Source of the DNA: an uncultured Planctomycetota bacterium
GTDB taxonomy: Bacteria > Planctomycetota > Planctomycetia > Gemmatales > Gemmataceae
Direction of reading: 5' to 3'
NCBI GenBank assembly: GCA_963849325.1
Contig: CAWKHF010000012.1
Span: 32,001-96,000, forward strand
Length of the DNA: 64,000 nucleotides
The notes under the pieces were generated by a model. It worked only from the letters and a program-made list of their open reading frames with translations. It had not been told where the DNA came from and did no database searches. Made by a program: the position numbers and the translations under genes. This document shows, piece by piece, positions 10,587-20,539 of the stretch (position 1 is the stretch's first letter; every line of letters begins with the position of its first letter).

Positions 10587-12071
10587 ATGTACTCCATCCC
10601 TGAATACCTCCGTCAATCCCGCCGCGACTTCCTGACCCGTTCGACCGGCGGCGTCGGCTTGCTCGCCCTGGCCTCGCTTCTGCGCGACGACGGCCTGCTG
10701 GCGGCGGAAGATAATTTGGATGCTTCCAATCCACTCTCTCCGAAGGCGCCCCACTTCGCTCCTCGGGCCAAGAACTGTATCTGCATCTATCTCGAAGGCG
10801 CGCCCAGCCAGATCGACCTCTTCGATCCCAAGCCCAAGCTCAACGAGTTGCACGGCCAAAAGCTGCCCGAGTCGATGACGAAGAACGTGCGCTTCGCCTT
10901 CATCCAGAAGGAGGGGGCGCGTTTGCTGGGCAGCCCACGCAAGTTCCAGAAGCACGGGCAATGCGGCATGGAGCTGTCCGATTTCCTGCCGCACCTGGCG
11001 ACCTGCGCCGACGACATCGCCCTGGTGCGCTCGATGCACACCGAGGCGTTCAACCACCACCCCGGCCAGCTGATGATGAACACCGGCGTGCCGACCTTCG
11101 GTCGGCCGAGCATGGGTTCGTGGCTGACCTACGGACTCGGCTCGGCGGCGAGCAACCTTCCCGGCTACGTCGTCCTGACGGCCGGGCGCGGCACCAGCGC
11201 CGGGGCCACCGCCTGGTCGAGCGGCTTTCTGCCGACGACGTACCAGGGCGTCCTCTTCCGCAACAGCGGCGAACCCGTCCTCAACCTCGCCAACCCCGCC
11301 GGCCTGACCGACGCCATGCAGGGCAAGACCATCGCGGCGCTGCGCGATCTGAACGCGGAGCGCTACCAGCACCTGGGCGACCCGGAAATCCACAGTCGCA
11401 TCGCCGCCTACGAGCTGGCCTTCCGCATGCAGTCGGCGGCCCCGGAGCTGATCGATCTCTCCGGCGAAACCAAGGCGACGCGAGAGATGTATGGACTGGA
11501 CCGACACGAACCGCAAATCAAGGCGTCGCGCGGCGGCGGCCGCGGCCAGTTCCACGCCTTCGCCGCCAACTGCCTGCTGGTGCGGCGGCTCGTCGAACGC
11601 GGCGTGCGCTTCGTCAACCTCTATCATGCCTCGTGGGACCATCACAGCAACCTCGACGCCGAGCTGGGTCACAACTGCCAAATGGCCGACCAGCCCATCG
11701 CGGCGCTGTTGAAAGACCTCAAGCGGCGCGGGCTGCTCGAGACGACGCTGGTGATGTGGATCAGCGAGTTCGGGCGGACGCCGCTGGGCGAGAACCGCGC
11801 CGGCTACAAAGCGGTGACGGGTCGCGATCATCATCCGTTCGCTTTCACGATCTGGCTGGCCGGCGGCGGCGTCAAGGGTGGGCAGGTCCTCGGTAGGACC
11901 GACGACATCGGCTGGAACGTCGTCGAAGACCCGGTCCACGTCAACGACCTGCACGCCACCGTCCTGCGCCTGTTCGGTCTGAATCATCTGAAGCTGACGT
12001 ATCGCTTCCAGGGGCGCGACTTCCGGCTGACCGACGTGGCCGGCAAGGTGGTGACGAAGCTCCTGGCCTAA
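10587..12071 (+). CDS. DUF1501 domain protein (Tat-like SRRDFL)
   Basis: APSQIDLFDPKP, GRPSMGSW, WDHH, EFGRTP, GRDHHP, FRLTDVAG. Confidence 0.93.
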   Translation: MYSIPEYLRQSRRDFLTRSTGGVGLLALASLLRDDGLLAAEDNLDASNPLSPKAPHFAPRAKNCICIYLEGAPSQIDLFDPKPKLNELHGQKLPESMTKNVRFAFIQKEGARLLGSPRKFQKHGQCGMELSDFLPHLATCADDIALVRSMHTEAFNHHPGQLMMNTGVPTFGRPSMGSWLTYGLGSAASNLPGYVVLTAGRGTSAGATAWSSGFLPTTYQGVLFRNSGEPVLNLANPAGLTDAMQGKTIAALRDLNAERYQHLGDPEIHSRIAAYELAFRMQSAAPELIDLSGETKATREMYGLDRHEPQIKASRGGGRGQFHAFAANCLLVRRLVERGVRFVNLYHASWDHHSNLDAELGHNCQMADQPIAALLKDLKRRGLLETTLVMWISEFGRTPLGENRAGYKAVTGRDHHPFAFTIWLAGGGVKGGQVLGRTDDIGWNVVEDPVHVNDLHATVLRLFGLNHLKLTYRFQGRDFRLTDVAGKVVTKLLA

Positions 12072-12079
12072 GACAACTA

Positions 12080-12135
12080 TCGGAGCCTGAAGCGTAAGCG
12101 AAGGAAGATCCCTTCGCTTACGCTTCAGGCTCCGA
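12080..12135. repeat. REP-like palindrome family A, copy 2
   Basis: GGAGCCTGAAGCGTAAGCGAAGG...CCTTCGCTTACGCTTCAGGCTCC. Confidence 0.9.
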
Positions 12136-12158
12136 GGGGCTCGACAGGAGGCGTTCCC

Positions 12159-13127
12159 ATGCAGCGCATCACGCGAGATCAGGCCCGCAAGTACGCCTTC
12201 GACTGGCGCGACGAGCCGCTGTTGCGCGTCCGTCCGGGCGAGAGCTTCGAGATCGAGACGTGGGACGCCAGCACCGGCTATTTCAAGACGCCGGCCGACA
12301 AGGCCATCCCCGGCCGGCGCCCCGGCTTCGACCGCAGCCCGCCGCACGCCAACCCCATTGGCGGTCCGGTTTATCTCGAAGGCGCTCGCCGCGGCGACAC
12401 GCTCGTCGTCACCATCGAGGACATCGAGGTGGCGGACTATTCGTGGATCGCCATCGGGCCGAAACGCGGCCCGCTCGGCGAATCGACGCGCTGGCCGGAA
12501 CTGTCGGGCGACTACACGACGAAAATCTTCCGCCACACGCCCGGCCCCAGCGGCAGCACGCGCGACGGCACGCTGCATTTCAGCGACCGCCTGTCCTGGC
12601 CGATCACGCCGTTCGTCGGCACGCTCGGCGTGGCCCCCGACCGCGAGGTGACGACCAGCCTCGACGGCCAGGGCGAGTGGGGCGGCAACCTCGACATCCG
12701 CGACGTCTGTCCCGGCAACCGCATCCTGCTGCCGATCTTCCACGCGGGAGCGCTCTTCTACCTCGGCGACGTTCACGCCAGCCAGGGCGACACCGAGTTC
12801 ACCGGCACCGCCGCCGAGACGCAAGCGACCGTCCGCGTTCGCCTCGATCTGGTCAAGGGACGTAGCGTGCCGTGGATGCGGATCGAGAAGCCGGATTCGA
12901 TCGTGTCGGTGTACGCCTTCCGGCCGCTGGAAGTCGCCGTCGAGACGGCGACGGTCAACCTGATGGACTGGCTCATCCGCGATTACGGCTTCACGCCGAC
13001 GGACGCCTACTGCCTGGTCAGCACCTGCCCCGATTTCCGCATCCACGTCTATCAGATGTGCAAGTTGGCGAAGTTGAACTTCGTGGCCGGGGCGGAATTG
13101 CCGAAACGGTATGTAGTTACGTCATGA
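12159..13127 (+). CDS. Acetamidase/formamidase family protein
   Basis: NPIGGPVYLEGA..GDTL, GGNLD, LGDVHASQGDTE motifs. Confidence 0.9.
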   Translation: MQRITRDQARKYAFDWRDEPLLRVRPGESFEIETWDASTGYFKTPADKAIPGRRPGFDRSPPHANPIGGPVYLEGARRGDTLVVTIEDIEVADYSWIAIGPKRGPLGESTRWPELSGDYTTKIFRHTPGPSGSTRDGTLHFSDRLSWPITPFVGTLGVAPDREVTTSLDGQGEWGGNLDIRDVCPGNRILLPIFHAGALFYLGDVHASQGDTEFTGTAAETQATVRVRLDLVKGRSVPWMRIEKPDSIVSVYAFRPLEVAVETATVNLMDWLIRDYGFTPTDAYCLVSTCPDFRIHVYQMCKLAKLNFVAGAELPKRYVVTS

Positions 13128-13327
13128 CAGCAAAGGCTGTTCGAGCGATTACCTTTGGTAGTCCTCGCTACGCTGTACAGCAAAGTTTTATCCCCGTACG
13201 AAATAGCATCATCCGTCTGTATCGCCCGACACCCGGTCGGCACGTCGGCAGATCGGATCGACGTGCAAATCGAAGTAAACTGGATGGAGGAAAGAGTTTT
13301 CAACCCCTTTTGCCCGCCCTAGAAAAA

Positions 13328-13464
13328 CGCAATATAATGCGCATGTCAGTTGATTCTCGTTCGCGATCGGGGTATACTTACTATAAAAACGCATAGGAAT
13401 GCGCGTGTAGACAACGTGGAGAGATATTCCACCAATGCAGGCTGGGAAAACGCACTATAATGCG
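13328..13464 (+). promoter_or_regulatory. hipBST promoter with three CGCA-N6-TGCG operator-like palindromes
   Basis: TTGATT-17-TATACT at 13350-13378; palindromes at 13328, 13390 and 13451. Confidence 0.7.
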
Positions 13465-13484
13465 CCGGAGTGGGGGAAGAGGCT

Positions 13485-13703
13485 ATGACGAGCCAACAAA
13501 TCGGGGAAAAACTACGGAGCCGGCGGAAGAGTCTCCGCCTTCGCCAGCGTGATCTAGCCGAACTTGCCGGGGTCACCTTGCGCGGGTTGACCGACCTAGA
13601 AAACGGCAGGGCGAACCCCACTATCAACCAACTCGCCAAGATCGCGGGAGTCCTGGGGTTGGAACTCCGCCTGACGGAGAGGTCGCTCCATGCGTCGAGC
13701 TAA
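13485..13703 (+). CDS. hipB: HipB-like XRE helix-turn-helix regulator
   Basis: QRDLAELAGVT..LENGRANPTINQL; overlaps the next gene. Confidence 0.85.
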   Translation: MTSQQIGEKLRSRRKSLRLRQRDLAELAGVTLRGLTDLENGRANPTINQLAKIAGVLGLELRLTERSLHASS

Positions 13704-14019
13704 CGTGTATTGTCGGGGTGTCCTCGCGGGGGTTCTGTGCAAGTATCAGGTAGATCGCTACCGCTTCCAGTACATCCCTGAGTACCTGAGCAGCCCGAAG
13801 TGTCCGGCCATCAGCCTGTCTTTCCCCAAGCAGGCGGCCCCCTTCGAGTCGCCGGTACTGTTCCCGTTCTTTTTCGGTCTCCTGGCGGAAGGAGAGGACA
13901 AGGCCCTGCAATGCCGGGTGCTGAAGATCGACGAAAACGACCTCTTCACTCGGTTGCTGAAGACATGCGAAGCCGAAACCATCGGGGGAGTTACTGTCAA
14001 GGAGGTCGTCTCGTCATGA
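13690..14019 (+). CDS. HipA N-terminal domain protein (HipS-like)
   Basis: YRFQY..Y, AISLSFP, LFPFFFGLLAEG, ETIGGVTV. Confidence 0.85.
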   Translation: MRRANVYCRGVLAGVLCKYQVDRYRFQYIPEYLSSPKCPAISLSFPKQAAPFESPVLFPFFFGLLAEGEDKALQCRVLKIDENDLFTRLLKTCEAETIGGVTVKEVVSS

Positions 14020-15014
14020 TGCGTTGCCCGGGGTGCTTCAAGGCGGGGCAGGACACCTACTGCAGGGCGTGCCGGAAGCGATTGTTTGGGGGCAAGAAGG
14101 TCTCTTTCGTCCTGCCTTTTTCTCGCCCGGCCTACAACGAGGCAAAGCTCGCCGTCACATCGGAAAAGTTGTCGATATCAGGTATCCAGACCAAGATCTC
14201 TCTCGTCTTGAACGAAGGGCGATTGGAGATGGTCAATTCAGGCGGGCAATACATCCTCAAACCCATACCGCAGGGAGTTTTTCAGCGACTGGAATTGGTC
14301 CCAATCAACGAACACCTGACGATGCAAATCGCCCGTCAGGTCTTCAACATCGAGGTGGCCGAAAACGCCCTGGTTGCGTTTGAAGGCGGGGAACTCGCTT
14401 ACATTGTCCGCCGATTCGACGTGCAGCCGGACGGCAAGCGCTCGCTCCAGGAGGACTTTGCCCAGATCGCCGCTAAATCCGAAGAAACCCAGGGGAAGAA
14501 CTACAAATACGACTGCTCTTACGAAGAAATCGGCGACCTGATCCGGAGGCACGTGGCCGCTTACCCGGTAGATCTGGAACGGTACTTCCAACTCGTTGTA
14601 TTCAACTACGTTGTCAACAACGGAGACGCCCACGTGAAGAACTTTTCGCTCATCAGAAATGAGCAGACCGGCGAATACAATTTGAGCCCTGCATACGATT
14701 TGCTGAACACTCGCCTGCACCTGCCGGACGAATCGCGAACCGCCCTGGTGTTGTTTAAAGATGACTTCGAGACGGTGAGCTACAAGACGAACGCCTTTTA
14801 TGCCTATGATGACTTCGTCGTGTTCGCTCAGAGGCTCGGACTTGTCGAGATACGTTACAAGAGAATTCTGGAGAATTTCATCGGCAGGCAGGAGACTATG
14901 TTCTCCCTTATCGATTGCTCGAGGCTGCCGGAAGAATGCAAGCGGTTGTACAAAGAAAACGTGAAAGACCGGGTCCGTGCCCTCTCCTATTCCTTCTTGA
15001 ACCTGCGACGATAA
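14016..15014 (+). CDS. HipA C-terminal kinase domain toxin (HipT-like)
   Basis: SISGIQTK loop, YILKP, NEHLTM, RRFD, NGDAHVKNFS, LSPAYDL; ATGA coupling to upstream gene. Confidence 0.9.
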   Translation: MMRCPGCFKAGQDTYCRACRKRLFGGKKVSFVLPFSRPAYNEAKLAVTSEKLSISGIQTKISLVLNEGRLEMVNSGGQYILKPIPQGVFQRLELVPINEHLTMQIARQVFNIEVAENALVAFEGGELAYIVRRFDVQPDGKRSLQEDFAQIAAKSEETQGKNYKYDCSYEEIGDLIRRHVAAYPVDLERYFQLVVFNYVVNNGDAHVKNFSLIRNEQTGEYNLSPAYDLLNTRLHLPDESRTALVLFKDDFETVSYKTNAFYAYDDFVVFAQRLGLVEIRYKRILENFIGRQETMFSLIDCSRLPEECKRLYKENVKDRVRALSYSFLNLRR

Positions 15015-15059
15015 GAATAGAAGACTCCATTGCCATGGCCGCGCGTGCCGCTACGGGCC

Positions 15060-15128
15060 GCACCGCTCGCACGGCTGTGGGCATCCCGATCCGCTCGGCG
15101 ATCTCGGCGTAACTTGCGGTCGAGCCGG
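15060..15128 (-). pseudogene. Remnant of an Ada/Ogt methylated-DNA-protein-cysteine methyltransferase
   Basis: Translates GSTASYAEIAERIGMPTAVRAV; no start codon and no PCHR motif. Confidence 0.65.
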
Positions 15129-15207
15129 ACGATGGCCGATCCGAACTCCGGTTCTTGCTTTCCAATCGGGGATTCCGGACGCCGTCTTCCACGCTCGGAC
15201 TCGACCT

Positions 15208-17704
15208 TCAGTTCCTCGTAATCGTCTCGTGCAGATTCAGGATGACGCGGGCCACCGATGTCCACGCGGCCAGCTCGGCTACATCGAGGTCCGTGGGAAC
15301 GGACCGCTCGCCCGTGCTCACCAGCTTGCGGGCGGCTTGGGAATCGGCGGCGAACTCGGCCCGGTGCCTGGCGAGCAACTCGCTCAGCAGACGTACTTCC
15401 TCCGGCTTTACGTTCCGCGACACGGCACGCCGGTAGGCCCAGTTGAGGCGCCCAGGCATGGTCGCGCCGCCCTCGCGGAGAATCCGCTCGGCAAAGACGC
15501 GCGCCGCCTCGACGTAGGTGGGATCGTTGAGCAGCACCAGCGCTTGCAGCGGCGTGCTGGAGCGCGGCCGTTCGACCGTACACTCTTCGCGCGTCGGGGC
15601 GTCGAACGCTTTCAGGCTTGGATGCAGAAACGTGCGCTGCCAGTAGGTGTACAGGCCACGGCGATACTGGTCCGTCCCATGATCGGGCTGATAAGTGCGT
15701 TTCGGGAAATTCAGGTGCTTCCAGTAACCCTCCGGCTGATACGGCTTGACGCTCGGCCCGCCGACCTTGGTGGACAGCAGACCGCTGATGGCCAGGGCGT
15801 TGTCGCGCACCATCTCCGCGTCGAGGCGGAAACGTCCCTGCCGCGCCAGCCATTGGTTGCCCGGATCGCGCTGGCGCAGTTCTCGACCGGCGTGCGACGA
15901 CTGCCGGTAGGTGCTCGACATCACCATCAGCTTGAGGGTGTGCTTGATGTCCCAGCCGCTGTCCATGAATTCGACGGCCAGCCAGTCCAGCAGGGCCGGA
16001 TGCGTGGGGAAGGTGCCTTGCGTGCCAAAGTCTTCGAGGCTCTTGACGATGCCCTGGCCGAAGGTCAGCTTCCAAAGGCGGTTGACGAACACACGGGCCG
16101 TCAGCGGATTGTCGCGCGACACGAACCAGCGCGCCAGGTCGAGCCGGTTGGCTCGCCGGCTCGTCCCGTCCAGCGACGGCAGCGCGGCCGGCACCGCCGG
16201 TGCGACGACCTGTCCCGAATCGTCGAGCCAGTTGCCGCGCGGCAGGATGCGCATGACGCGCGGGCTGACCGAGACGCTGATGAGCGTCTTCGGCAGCGCG
16301 TCGGTGAGCTGTTTCTTCTGCGCCTCCAGTCGGGCGAGCGGTTCGCGCACGGCGGCCAGCTCCGGGGCAATGCCGCGATAGTACGCCGCCAGGGCTTCGG
16401 TCTGCTTGGCGTTGCGTTTCTCCGGCTCGACCTTCAGCGCCGCCGCCACGTCCGCAGGCAAACCCACGGGTTTGCCGCGCGCCCGTTCCTCCCAGGCACT
16501 CTGGCCGACCTCGACAGCGAGGGTCCGTTTGAGGAATGCCGCCCGCAGCGGGGCGATCTCCTGGTCGAGTCGGTCGAGCTGGGCCTGCTGCTCCGGCGTG
16601 GGCATGACGATCTGTTCCTGACGGCCGACCGCCCGCTCCTTCACGTCGGCGAAGAAAGCGCCCAGGCTGTAAAAGTCCTTCATCGTGAACGGATCGAACT
16701 TGTGGTTGTGGCATTCGCAGCAGCCCAGCGTCGTGGCCAGCCACACCGATGAGGCGTTGCGCACCCGGTCGGCGGCGTACTTGGCCGTGTACTCCTTCGC
16801 CTGCGCGCCGCCCTCCTCCGTCGTTTGCAGCAGCCGATTGTATCCCGAGGCGATCTTCTGCTCGGCCGTCGGATTGGGCAGCAGGTCGCCGGCCAGCTGC
16901 TCGATGGTGAATTGATCGAAGTGTTTGTTTCGATTGAAGGCGGCGATGACCCAATCGCGGTACAGGGCAATGTCGCGGTGGTTGTCGCTGTGATAGCCGC
17001 CGGTGTCGGCGTAGCGGACCAGATCGAGCCAGTACACCGCCATGCGTTCGCCGAAGTGGGGCGAGCCGAGCACACGATCGACCACCTTCTCGTAAGCGTT
17101 GGCGCTCTTGTCGTTGACGAACGCTTGCACCTCCTCCGGCGTCGGCGGCAGTCCGATCAGATCGAAGTTGAGGCGGCGCAGCAGCGTCACGCGATCCGCT
17201 TCCGGCGCCGGTCGATAGCCGAGTTTCTCGTGCTTGGCCGCGATGAATCGATCGATTGGATTGCTCGGCCAATCTCGGTTCGTGACAGTCGGCGGCGTCG
17301 GCCGAGTCGGCTTGAACGTAGGCCCAGTGGACGTCGAACCTGGCCCCCTGCTCGACCCACCGTTTCAGCACGGCGATTTGTTCGGCCGTCAGCGCCCCCT
17401 TCTTGGACTTCGGTGGCGGCATGACCTCGTCGGGATCGTCGCTGGTGATGCGTTCGAGGAGCGAGCTGTTCGCCGGATCGCCCGGCGTGATGGCCTTCCG
17501 GATCGCCGAGGCGCGGTCGTCGAGCCGCAGTTTCGCCTTGCGTCGTCCCTCGTCCGGCCCGTGGCAGGCGTAGCAGTGGGTGGCGAGGATCGGCTTGACG
17601 TCGCGGCTGTAGTTGACGGTCGGTCCCTCCGCGGCGCCTGCACGGCCGGTCCAGGACAGGGCGAGCAGCAAACCCAACACCGCCGAGGTAATCTTCCTTC
17701 GCAT
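15208..17704 (-). CDS. Second cytochrome c / DUF1549 / DUF1553 protein; frameshifts at about 17190-17320
   Basis: CYACHGPD, FGERMAVYWLDLVRYAD, CCECHNHKFDP, STPLQAL. Confidence 0.9.
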
Positions 17705-17824
17705 GATGGATGCTTCTCTCGTAGGGATGTTCGTGGCAACGCGGTCGCCGGTCGAACGCTTGCTGGGTGGGCCACTTCCTATTTAATGCACGGAATGGGG
17801 GCGGAGGCAACAGGTCCGGATGAT

Positions 17825-18283
17825 TTATATGCGACGGCCGGCGAACAAGGCGTTCGGTAGAAGGGTTACCTCTTGATCGGCCCCGCGAAAGGCGGCATCG
17901 AAGAACTGCAAGAAACCCGCGAATCCAAGGAGGCCGCGCAGCAAGGGAAACGGCGCGAAACCGACAATGGTGTCCCATTCGTAGGTTTCCGCGATGCCAT
18001 CGCTAATGCGCAGTTGGACCATGGCGTAACGGCAGTGAATCCGACCACGACCGACGAGGTGGACTTGGCGTTGGAGAGCTTGACTCAAGTCCACGCCGAT
18101 CAGCGGAGCCACCGACGGATCCAGGATCGTCTCATCCGCCCCGGTGTCGAGCAGACCGTCACGCAAACGGGAACCAGAAGGTCCGGTAATGTGAAGGGCC
18201 AAAATGGGCCGTGGCAAAAAGATCGCCCCACCAAGGGCGGGGACAGGTGTGCGCACCGGACAGTGCGTGTACCGAACGATCAT
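17825..18283 (-). CDS. Retropepsin-like (clan AA) aspartyl protease
   Basis: GLLDTGADET catalytic motif and LLG..GFLQFF. Confidence 0.75.
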   Translation of the reverse strand: MIVRYTHCPVRTPVPALGGAIFLPRPILALHITGPSGSRLRDGLLDTGADETILDPSVAPLIGVDLSQALQRQVHLVGRGRIHCRYAMVQLRISDGIAETYEWDTIVGFAPFPLLRGLLGFAGFLQFFDAAFRGADQEVTLLPNALFAGRRI

Positions 18284-18537
18284 GCTTGGGCCGAATCCTC
18301 GGAGAGAGACCAACCGTCCCAGGAGACCTCTTCGGGGATGGCGACCCGACTAACCAGGACTTCGGCTGGGTCGTAGCCGGCGGCGCAAAGATGGGCATCC
18401 AGCCGAAGCGGATCGGGATCGGCCGCCAGGATGCGAGTCCCGTCCGGACTCCAGGCGACGTACTGACCGTTATACTTTTCCAGTTCCGCACGCGGCAAAC
18501 GACTCTGGTTGTGCCGGAATTCATTGATGTCGATCAT
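18280..18537 (-). CDS. Small DUF5678-like protein coupled to the protease gene
   Basis: LEKYNGQYVAW..DG.RILAAD; ATGA overlap. Confidence 0.65.
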   Translation of the reverse strand: MIDINEFRHNQSRLPRAELEKYNGQYVAWSPDGTRILAADPDPLRLDAHLCAAGYDPAEVLVSRVAIPEEVSWDGWSLSEDSAQA

Positions 18538-18601
18538 GACAGGGTCTCTGTGGGGCAATGAACGGCTCCGCGGAATGGACTTTATTCTACTCCGTTGAGG
18601 A

Positions 18602-19150
18602 TCACTTTCTTTCGTCATCGCGGAAATCTGGCCCCAGCGCCTCACGCAGTTTCGGATCGTCGGCCAGATCGGCGAACTCACGCAGCCAGTGTTGCTTTTC
18701 CTCGTCCGATACCCCGTCCGGCTTGGCGGGAGTCTCCTCCGTCGTCGCCTTCTCCCGCCGCAAGCGCTCCATTTCGTCGAGATATTCCATGCAGCCCAGC
18801 ACCGGACAGCGCCGGCGCCGGCCGGCCTGCTGGATGCGGTGATCGTCGGAGACGACCGTCAACTGCCGCGGCGCCGCGTCGCGCCGGATCAACTCTTCGA
18901 TGCGATCGTCCGCCTCACCCTCCAGGGCGTACCAGATGTGAACGCCGCGATAATGCTCCTCGGCCGAGGCGCCCGGCGGAGCGCGCGAGGCGTCGAAGAC
19001 CACCGTCACGCCGGCGCCGTCCGGGCGATGACTGCCGCATAGGTGGCCCAGCAGGGCGAGACGAGCTTTCTCCAAACCGTGCGGCCCGACCTTGCCGGAC
19101 AGCACGCCCATCGCGTGCAGCAGGTTGTAACCGTCGATAAGATAACGCAT
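18602..19150 (-). CDS. YacP-like NYN domain ribonuclease
   Basis: YLIDGYNLL, VVFDA, ADDRI, VVSDD. Confidence 0.88.
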   Translation of the reverse strand: MRYLIDGYNLLHAMGVLSGKVGPHGLEKARLALLGHLCGSHRPDGAGVTVVFDASRAPPGASAEEHYRGVHIWYALEGEADDRIEELIRRDAAPRQLTVVSDDHRIQQAGRRRRCPVLGCMEYLDEMERLRREKATTEETPAKPDGVSDEEKQHWLREFADLADDPKLREALGPDFRDDERK

Positions 19151-19218
19151 GACGCTCCCCCAACGGATCGCCGGGCGTCTCCTTCGATTGTGGCAGGGAG
19201 GAGGAGGGACGAGAAGGG

Positions 19219-19254
19219 AAAAAAGAGAGGCGTCGCCTTCGGGGCCACGCCTCT
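19219..19254 (-). terminator. Intrinsic terminator after yacG
   Basis: Minus-strand hairpin AGAGGCGT..ACGCCTCT followed by a T-tract. Confidence 0.65.
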
Positions 19255-19286
19255 GCTCTATGGGAACGGCCGAACCTTCGGCCGGC

Positions 19287-19478
19287 TTAGGGAAGATCCG
19301 GCTCCTCGGAGGACCGGCTGTCCTCCGGTTCCTCGGCCGGTATGCGGTAGGTCTCTCCCAGCCAACGACCCAGGTCAATCGACCGGCAGCGCGCCGAGCA
19401 GAAGGGGAATTGTGGCCATTCCACCAGGCTCTGCCCTTGCATCGTTCGACCACAGATCGGGCAGGACGCCTTTATCAT
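19287..19478 (-). CDS. yacG: DNA gyrase inhibitor YacG
   Basis: [28 protein letters not shown]. Confidence 0.9.
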   Translation of the reverse strand: MIKASCPICGRTMQGQSLVEWPQFPFCSARCRSIDLGRWLGETYRIPAEEPEDSRSSEEPDLP

Positions 19479-19491
19479 CGACCGATCCCGC

Positions 19492-19827
19492 TCAGGACTT
19501 CGAGCTTTTCTGGTCACTTTTCTTGCCCTTACCCCCGCTGTCCTTCGAGGCCGCGCCGTTTGTGCCGGCCGTGCCGCCTGTGTCCTTGGCGGCCGGCTTG
19601 CTGGCGCCGTCCTGGTCGGCCTTGGCCGCCTGCTTGTACGAATCGCTGCGGTAGTCCGTTTCGTAGAAGCCGGAGCCTTTGAAGAGGATCGCCGCCCCGG
19701 TGCCGAAGACACGCCGCAGTTTCGGCTTCTTGCACTTGGGACATTTCTTCAACGGCGCCTCGCTCATCGACTGAAATTCGTCGAAGTTATGATCGCAAGC
19801 GTCACACTGGTATTCGTAGGTTGGCAT
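19492..19827 (-). CDS. FmdB family zinc-ribbon protein
   Basis: [26 protein letters not shown]. Confidence 0.92.
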   Translation of the reverse strand: MPTYEYQCDACDHNFDEFQSMSEAPLKKCPKCKKPKLRRVFGTGAAILFKGSGFYETDYRSDSYKQAAKADQDGASKPAAKDTGGTAGTNGAASKDSGGKGKKSDQKSSKS

Positions 19828-19882
19828 AACCGCTCTTCTCCCTATTGTGCCGCTGGCGGCTTCACGCCGGCTGCCAGCGGCG

Positions 19883-20458
19883 TTACTCAGGTTTGTCCGT
19901 GGTCGAGGACACGGCCACGCGCGCGGGACGGAGCACGCGATCGTGGATCATGTAGCCCGGTTCCAGCACCGCAATGATCGTCATGGGCGGATGCTCCTTG
20001 CTCGGTTGCTGCATCACCGCCTGGTGAAGGTTCGGATCGAACGGCAGCCCCAGCGCCTCGATGCGCGTGACGCCGTGGCGGCGCAGAATGTCGAGCAGTT
20101 GTGTCTGCACCATCGCCACGCCCTGGACCAGCGGTCCCTTCTCGCCGGCCTGCTCGGCAGCGGTGGTGGCCCGTTCCAGGTTGTCGATGGCGGCCAGCAG
20201 GTCGGACGCCAGGGGCGCCTGGGCGAAGCGGCGTTCCTGGACGAGATCGCGCTGCATGCGCTTCTGATAGTTCTCGAAGTCCGCCCGTGTGCGCTGGGCC
20301 AGGGCGAGATACTCGTCGCGCTTCTGCTCGGCCGTTTGCAGCTGGGTCCGCAGCGCCTCCAGGTCGCTGAGCACCTGCTCGCCGGCCTGCGCCGTGGCCT
20401 TCTCGTCCGCGCTGTTGTCGGAGTTGGAAGGTCGATTTTGTTTCTTGTGTTCCGTCAT
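19883..20458 (-). CDS. grpE: Nucleotide exchange factor GrpE
   Basis: ADFENYQKR, IDNLERA, FDPNLHQAV, GY..HDRVLRPARV. Confidence 0.95.
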   Translation of the reverse strand: MTEHKKQNRPSNSDNSADEKATAQAGEQVLSDLEALRTQLQTAEQKRDEYLALAQRTRADFENYQKRMQRDLVQERRFAQAPLASDLLAAIDNLERATTAAEQAGEKGPLVQGVAMVQTQLLDILRRHGVTRIEALGLPFDPNLHQAVMQQPSKEHPPMTIIAVLEPGYMIHDRVLRPARVAVSSTTDKPE

Positions 20459-20481
20459 GGCCTCTCACTGATGCTGTCTGT

Positions 20482-20539
20482 CCGAGCCGCGACCGTAAGG
20501 AAGCGGTGCGTTCTCCGCTCCCTTACGGTCGCGGCTCGG
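20482..20539. repeat. REP-like palindrome family B, copy 1 (overlaps dnaJ stop)
   Basis: CCGAGCCGCGACCGTAAGG...CCTTACGGTCGCGGCTCGG. Confidence 0.9.

Noticed and set aside
13328-13464. Three regularly spaced repeats as a mini-CRISPR
   Set aside because: Repeats are only about 19 bp with variable centres and flank a promoter of an HTH gene; operators are the simpler explanation
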